29,939 nucleotides of DNA, taken from positions 1 through 29,939 of the forward strand of contig CAJXTH010000001.1 in NCBI GenBank assembly GCA_913060955.1. Direction: 5' to 3'. Of this stretch, positions 26,132 to 29,939 are shown in pieces. Made by a program: the position numbers and the translations under genes. The DNA comes from an uncultured bacterium. GTDB taxonomy: Bacteria; Patescibacteriota; Minisyncoccia; SW-4-49-11. Numbering within the stretch: the first letter of the stretch is position 1; every line of letters starts with the position of its first letter. Below the pieces are notes generated by a model, which was not told the origin of the DNA, made no database searches, and worked only from the letters and a program-made list of their open reading frames with translations.

Positions 26132-26336
26132 CGTCGAATCCGTCGTTAACTTCGTAGGCAAGCTCCATGATTTTTGCCTCGTATTCGTGTTCAGGAATCA
26201 CATCTCGCCACTCTTGGGCGAAGAGTTCTACCACCTGAGCAAACTCAGCTTCCGGCAATCGAATTTGGTTTTGTTTCAAAATCTGGCCGACCAGTTGTTC
26301 AACATCTTCTTCTTGTTGTAAAGTAAGGGTGTCCAT
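26124..26336 (-). CDS. Small acidic hypothetical protein (70 aa)
   Basis: 18 Asp/Glu versus 4 Lys/Arg. The stop overlaps the pepP start (ATGTATAA), and the start has the TATG context of other genes here. Confidence 0.6.
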   Translation of the reverse strand: MDTLTLQQEEDVEQLVGQILKQNQIRLPEAEFAQVVELFAQEWRDVIPEHEYEAKIMELAYEVNDGFDDV

Positions 26337-26376
26337 ATCGTATTCAGTTATCTTTCAGTCTTTATTGTACCAAGAT

Positions 26377-26937
26377 ATGCCAACCAACGACAAGACCTCT
26401 CTTCGAACCCACTATCGATCGCTCCGCAAACTTCCGACCACTCGGAACGTATTTATAGTACCAAAGTTAGAAACCATACCCCCTCGCCCACAAACACTCC
26501 ACACCTACCTATCGCTTCCGGGAGAGATCGATACCCACCCCATTCTTTCTTGGGCCTGGGACCATGATATCCAAACGTTCACTTCCATTCCTCAACCCAA
26601 CGGAGTCCTCACCCATCACCCTATCCTTCCCAATACTCAACTTAGTTGCCATGCCTGGGGAATGATGATTCCTGATACTCCGGCTACTGAGATTCCTGAT
26701 CTCGATTGGATTGTGGTTCCCGGTCTTGCCTTTGATTTGTCAGGAACTCGACTCGGATTTGGCGGCGGATATTACGATCGGTTTCTGGCTACGCACCCGG
26801 AATCTCATACCATTGGACTATGTTTTGATAGCCAACTCCACCCAGAACCGCTTCCCCGCGAACCTCACGATATTCCAGTAGACACAATCATAACAGAAAC
26901 CAGGGTTATAAACGCGAAAACGCCACCGCGAAGGTGA
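26377..26937 (+). CDS. ygfA: 5-formyltetrahydrofolate cyclo-ligase (start at ATG 26377)
   Basis: KTSLRTHYRSLR N-terminus, EIDTHPI, VPGLAFDLSGTRLGFGGGYYDRFL and HDIPVDTIITE. Confidence 0.92.
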   Translation: MPTNDKTSLRTHYRSLRKLPTTRNVFIVPKLETIPPRPQTLHTYLSLPGEIDTHPILSWAWDHDIQTFTSIPQPNGVLTHHPILPNTQLSCHAWGMMIPDTPATEIPDLDWIVVPGLAFDLSGTRLGFGGGYYDRFLATHPESHTIGLCFDSQLHPEPLPREPHDIPVDTIITETRVINAKTPPRR

Positions 26938-26966
26938 CGTTTTCTGTAACAGTCTGTGAAAGGTGC
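26910..26966 (-). ncRNA. Candidate ~55-nt small RNA
   Basis: Lies between a perfect minus-strand promoter and the hairpin at 26916-26944. No ORF. Confidence 0.4.
26916..26944. terminator. Bidirectional terminator-like hairpin containing the ygfA stop
   Basis: GAAAACGCCACC-GCGAA-GGTGACGTTTTC, with A/T runs on both sides. Confidence 0.65.
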
Positions 26967-26972
26967 GTTTGT

Positions 26973-27000
26973 ATTATACGCCCCCACCATAGATTGTCAA
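26973..27000 (-). promoter_or_regulatory. Consensus sigma70 promoter with no adjacent sense gene
   Basis: Minus strand TTGACA-16-TATAAT. Confidence 0.7.
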
Positions 27001-27002
27001 AT

Positions 27003-27034
27003 AAAAAATGGGAGAATCTATCACGACTCTCCCA
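27003..27034 (-). terminator. Intrinsic terminator
   Basis: Minus strand TGGGAGAGTC-GTGATA-GATTCTCCCA followed by TTTTTT. Confidence 0.8.
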
Positions 27035-27073
27035 ATGATACTCCTCTTCGTGTTAAAGTTCACCACACCCCGC

Positions 27074-27193
27074 CTAGAAAAACTTATAACCTCCTTGCAA
27101 ATACAGTATTACAGCAAATACTATTAGACTTGCAAGCAACATGCCAGTCTTAGTGGAGATTCGTTTCTTAAACTTAACCAGGGTATTTTTCAC
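27074..27193 (-). CDS. Unannotated 39-aa single-TM basic peptide
   Basis: GTG start preceded by GGAAGGA-TAACA. Translation MKNTLVKFKKRISTKTGMLLASLIVFAVILYLQGGYKFF*. A terminator follows 40 bp downstream. Confidence 0.55.
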   Translation of the reverse strand: MKNTLVKFKKRISTKTGMLLASLIVFAVILYLQGGYKFF

Positions 27194-27264
27194 TGTTATC
27201 CTTCCCGTAACAAAAAGCGGTCTACATTATTAGTAAACAGTATTTTTGAAAATTCGGCAAGTCC

Positions 27265-27912
27265 TTACTTCCGTACGACACTCACAGACTCAACGACCAC
27301 TGGTTCTAGGGGAAGATCTCGGGCGTCAGTCTCAACAGCTTCGATTGCTTCAACTACTTCCATTCCTTCGAGTACTCGTCCAAAGTTGGTGTGGGCTCCG
27401 TCAAGCCACGGAGTTGCCTCAGCGGTCACGATAAAGAATTGAGATCCGTTGGTGTTTGGTCCCGAGTTTGCCATAGCTACACTTCCTCGAACTAACGGTT
27501 CGTTGTTAAACTCATCAGCAAATTCAAAGTCAGGTCCTCCAGTTCCGTACCGAGCTTTGGCAGCCGGATCTTTGGTCAAAGGGTCTCCTCCTTGGATCAT
27601 AAAGTCAGCAATGACTCGATGAAATTGAGTCCCGTCATAATATCCTTGTTCCACAAAGTCCATAATGTATCCAACGGTATTCGGAGATTTATCTTGGAAG
27701 AGTTCCACCGTAATGTCTCCCTTCGTGGTTTCAAATTTGATAATTGGTCGTTCGCTCGGCGTTGTTGGTTCCATAGGTTCTGATTCGGTTAATTCAGTAA
27801 GTTGAGCATCCAGGGTTCGCTGTCCTTGGGAAGCAAACTGAGCATTCATTGCAAGACTAATTCCCCCAATGACTAACCCAATCCCCGCTGCCAGGTACAG
27901 ATATTGTTTCAT
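27265..27912 (-). CDS. Cyclophilin-type peptidyl-prolyl cis-trans isomerase with N-terminal signal/anchor
   Basis: 215 aa. YYDGTQFHRVIADFMIQGGDP, GSVAMANSGPNTNGSQFFI and WLDGAHTNFG. Confidence 0.93.
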   Translation of the reverse strand: MKQYLYLAAGIGLVIGGISLAMNAQFASQGQRTLDAQLTELTESEPMEPTTPSERPIIKFETTKGDITVELFQDKSPNTVGYIMDFVEQGYYDGTQFHRVIADFMIQGGDPLTKDPAAKARYGTGGPDFEFADEFNNEPLVRGSVAMANSGPNTNGSQFFIVTAEATPWLDGAHTNFGRVLEGMEVVEAIEAVETDARDLPLEPVVVESVSVVRK

Positions 27913-27950
27913 ATATTTTCGTTCTTAATCTATGTGTATCATACCATACA

Positions 27951-29360
27951 TTAGGCCATTTCTTCGAATGTTTTCGCCCCACCCCGGGCTTTCATTGGAC
28001 GAGTGGGGATCATTACGTAAAAGGTTGTTCCGTTATTTTCCCTACTCGAAAACCAAATGTCTCCATCAATTTGGAGTAAAATCTGGCGTACAAAATATAA
28101 TCCAAGTCCCGTCCCATTGGTGTCAATTTTCTTGACATTATCCGCTCGAAAGAGTTTTTTGAAAATATCATCTTGCTGACTTTGTGGAATCCCAATTCCT
28201 GAGTCTGATACTTTGAGTATAAATGATTCCCTTGGAACGGTTTTCCCGGCCACCTTTGCCCCTCTTTTTTTAACATTTAGTTTAATATCTACACTCCCTT
28301 TCGGGGTAGTATATTTGATAGCATTTGAAATTACGTTTTGAAAAATAATCCCTACTAACATAGGGTCTCCATGAAATGTATCCGGAAGCTTATCAGAAAT
28401 GGATACATTCAGCTGAAGCTTCTTGTCTTCAATCTGGCATTCAAATTCGGTCAATATTTCGTCGAGAAGTGATGGAACCTGAAAATCTTCAGGAGTAATG
28501 GCAAAGGTACCTAACTCTAATCGGGATATATTGAGAAGAGCATTGATGAGATCAATCATTCTTTTGTTTGCATGCTCTATTTCATCGAGAAAATCTTGTT
28601 GGGTATCAGATAAGTCTTCTTCCTTGAGAAGAGTGGCAAACCAACTAATAGAGGTTAACGGAGTTCGAAGTTGATGAGAAACAAGCGATACAAACTCGGT
28701 TTTGACACGATCAATCTCTATTTCTTCTGTAATATCAAAGGCCACTCCGAGCATTCTCTCAGGAGAGGACTCAATCGGCATACCCGTTACTTTAAAGTAG
28801 GTCTTGGTCTCAGACGACTTCCCAAACTCCACTATAGTGGTAAAACTTCTTCCTTTGGAAAGAGTAGCAAGGAATTCATCCCAAAAGTCCTGCGTAAGTT
28901 TTCCTTGGAGGAGTTTTTGGAGACGAACGAGTGGAATGATTTCCTCTTCCATAGGATCAATTCCGAGGTAATTTCGAAGCTCATCATTCAAGGCAAATTC
29001 CTGAGACTCACCCGACCACTCCCATACCCCGATATGCCCTACCCGAGTAGCGAGTGATAACCGTTCATGAAGTTGTTGCGAGTAGTCACGTTCTTTTTTC
29101 AAATCTTCCATGACGTTCATCATCGCTCGTCGAACGTCTTCCAAATCCGATACATGAGTTTCTAAGGATTCAGTCTTTTTCCCATAGAATTTTTGTATAT
29201 CCGAAGAGATGGTTTGAACACGTTGCTGAAGACTTTGAATCAATAAATTATCTTCCCGACTTTCTTCTTTTCGTCGAACAATCCGCATCCATTCAAATAT
29301 AACGATAATCAAAAATTCTATTAAGATTAAAATCAGTATTACTGTAGCTTGGATACTCAT
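27951..29360 (-). CDS. Membrane-anchored sensor histidine kinase (TM-coiled coil-PAS-like-HisKA-HATPase)
   Basis: 469 aa. H-box SHQLRTPL, N-box NVISNAIKYT, DSGIGIP, LFRADN and GTGLGL. Confidence 0.92.
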   Translation of the reverse strand: MSIQATVILILILIEFLIIVIFEWMRIVRRKEESREDNLLIQSLQQRVQTISSDIQKFYGKKTESLETHVSDLEDVRRAMMNVMEDLKKERDYSQQLHERLSLATRVGHIGVWEWSGESQEFALNDELRNYLGIDPMEEEIIPLVRLQKLLQGKLTQDFWDEFLATLSKGRSFTTIVEFGKSSETKTYFKVTGMPIESSPERMLGVAFDITEEIEIDRVKTEFVSLVSHQLRTPLTSISWFATLLKEEDLSDTQQDFLDEIEHANKRMIDLINALLNISRLELGTFAITPEDFQVPSLLDEILTEFECQIEDKKLQLNVSISDKLPDTFHGDPMLVGIIFQNVISNAIKYTTPKGSVDIKLNVKKRGAKVAGKTVPRESFILKVSDSGIGIPQSQQDDIFKKLFRADNVKKIDTNGTGLGLYFVRQILLQIDGDIWFSSRENNGTTFYVMIPTRPMKARGGAKTFEEMA

Positions 29361-29370
29361 AACCGTACTC

Positions 29371-29805
29371 TTATCGTATTAATTCAATTTCACTTTGCTC
29401 CGACTCTAACGCTCTCATACTTATTCTGTTGGTATTTGTGAGATACACTTCATACCCTGATCTTGACTCTTCTTTTCCTTTGAACAATGGATCTTGGGGA
29501 ATAGCCGATAAATATTGGGGAACTAAATCTCCCAGAAATAATAACCCCTGGGCTTCACATTGGTCTTGATCTACATGATCCACACACACTTCTGTTGGTT
29601 GAGATGTGACTCCCGCATACCCACCTTCTTCAATCGAATATTGATATATTGCATGCGAAAGCTCTTGAATCTCCGTTCTTCGCTCGCTATCCCGAGCAAT
29701 CTGAAGAGTATTTACGAGATTTCTTTGTAACACGACGGTAATCAGCAAAAATGCAATGATAATTGCTGCGAGTAAGAATTCGAGAAGAGTAAATCCTGGT
29801 TTCAT
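29371..29805 (-). CDS. Type IV pilin-like protein
   Basis: 144 aa. Prepilin cleavage motif G|FTLLE, hydrophobic helix, ARDSERRTEIQELSHAIYQY and a Cys pair. Confidence 0.85.
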   Translation of the reverse strand: MKPGFTLLEFLLAAIIIAFLLITVVLQRNLVNTLQIARDSERRTEIQELSHAIYQYSIEEGGYAGVTSQPTEVCVDHVDQDQCEAQGLLFLGDLVPQYLSAIPQDPLFKGKEESRSGYEVYLTNTNRISMRALESEQSEIELIR

Positions 29806-29812
29806 AGAGGTA

Positions 29813-29938
29813 TTATGATCTTATACGTTGCCATTCATCTAATTCAATTTGAGGCCCTGCAATGTCGATTTGTGCTCGATACAGCTGAACGTATCCGTCG
29901 GCAGCTACCTCGAACTCAATTTCGCTCGCCAAAGGACC
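29813..29938 (-). CDS. 3' end of a gene truncated by the window edge (product unknown)
   Basis: Open minus frame ...GPLASEIEFEVAADGYVQLYRAQIDIAGPQIELDEWQRIRS* ending 7 bp before the pilin ATG. Confidence 0.55.
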   Translation of the reverse strand, partial: GPLASEIEFEVAADGYVQLYRAQIDIAGPQIELDEWQRIRS

Positions 29939-29939
29939 G

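Noticed and set aside
26938-27264. 6S RNA expected next to ygfA (ssrS-ygfA linkage in proteobacteria)
   Set aside because: No long rod-with-central-bubble structure is visible. The interval is explained by a small ORF, terminators and a promoter.
27951-29360. H-box HQ instead of HE in the kinase
   Set aside because: A known variant in HisKA kinases, not evidence of inactivation.
1-29939. tRNA, rRNA, tmRNA, RNase P, CRISPR arrays, alternative genetic code
   Set aside because: No cloverleaf, conserved RNA signature or regularly spaced repeat array was seen. Genes end cleanly at TGA, consistent with code 11.

Overview
Bacterial chromosomal window. It is probably from a CPR/Patescibacteria genome: starts largely lack Shine-Dalgarno motifs, and it carries a CPR-style pilin, a His kinase and a D-lactate dehydrogenase-like gene. 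The V/A-type ATPase would fit Dojkabacteria (inference, not verified). From left to right: (1) the 3' part of an L,D-transpeptidase-like gene; (2) an IS481-family element whose right end abuts a near-consensus sigma70 promoter; (3) a complete 9-gene V/A-type ATPase operon (H-I-K-E-C-F-A-B-D) with a Na+-type K subunit and three strongly structured internal spacers; (4) an orphan ~210-nt structured transcript with its own promoter and terminator; (5) three hypothetical genes; (6) a minus-strand run of a P-type cation ATPase with a non-canonical ion site, a membrane protein, SRPBCC, YrbG-type Na+/Ca2+ antiporter, Nudix hydrolase, YadGH-type ABC transporter, DUF368, CcdA and a bactofilin-like membrane protein; (7) a D-2-hydroxyacid dehydrogenase; (8) a PemK/MazF-like toxin with no protein antitoxin, faced by a promoter-driven ~57-nt convergent RNA; (9) YdeN hydrolase, PepP and 5-formyl-THF cyclo-ligase; (10) an unannotated 39-aa membrane peptide next to a consensus-promoter ~55-nt RNA partly complementary to its start region; (11) cyclophilin, sensor kinase and pilin. 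No rRNA, tRNA or CRISPR array was seen. The best novelty candidates are the RNA-level elements, all predicted by eye and needing computational and experimental confirmation.
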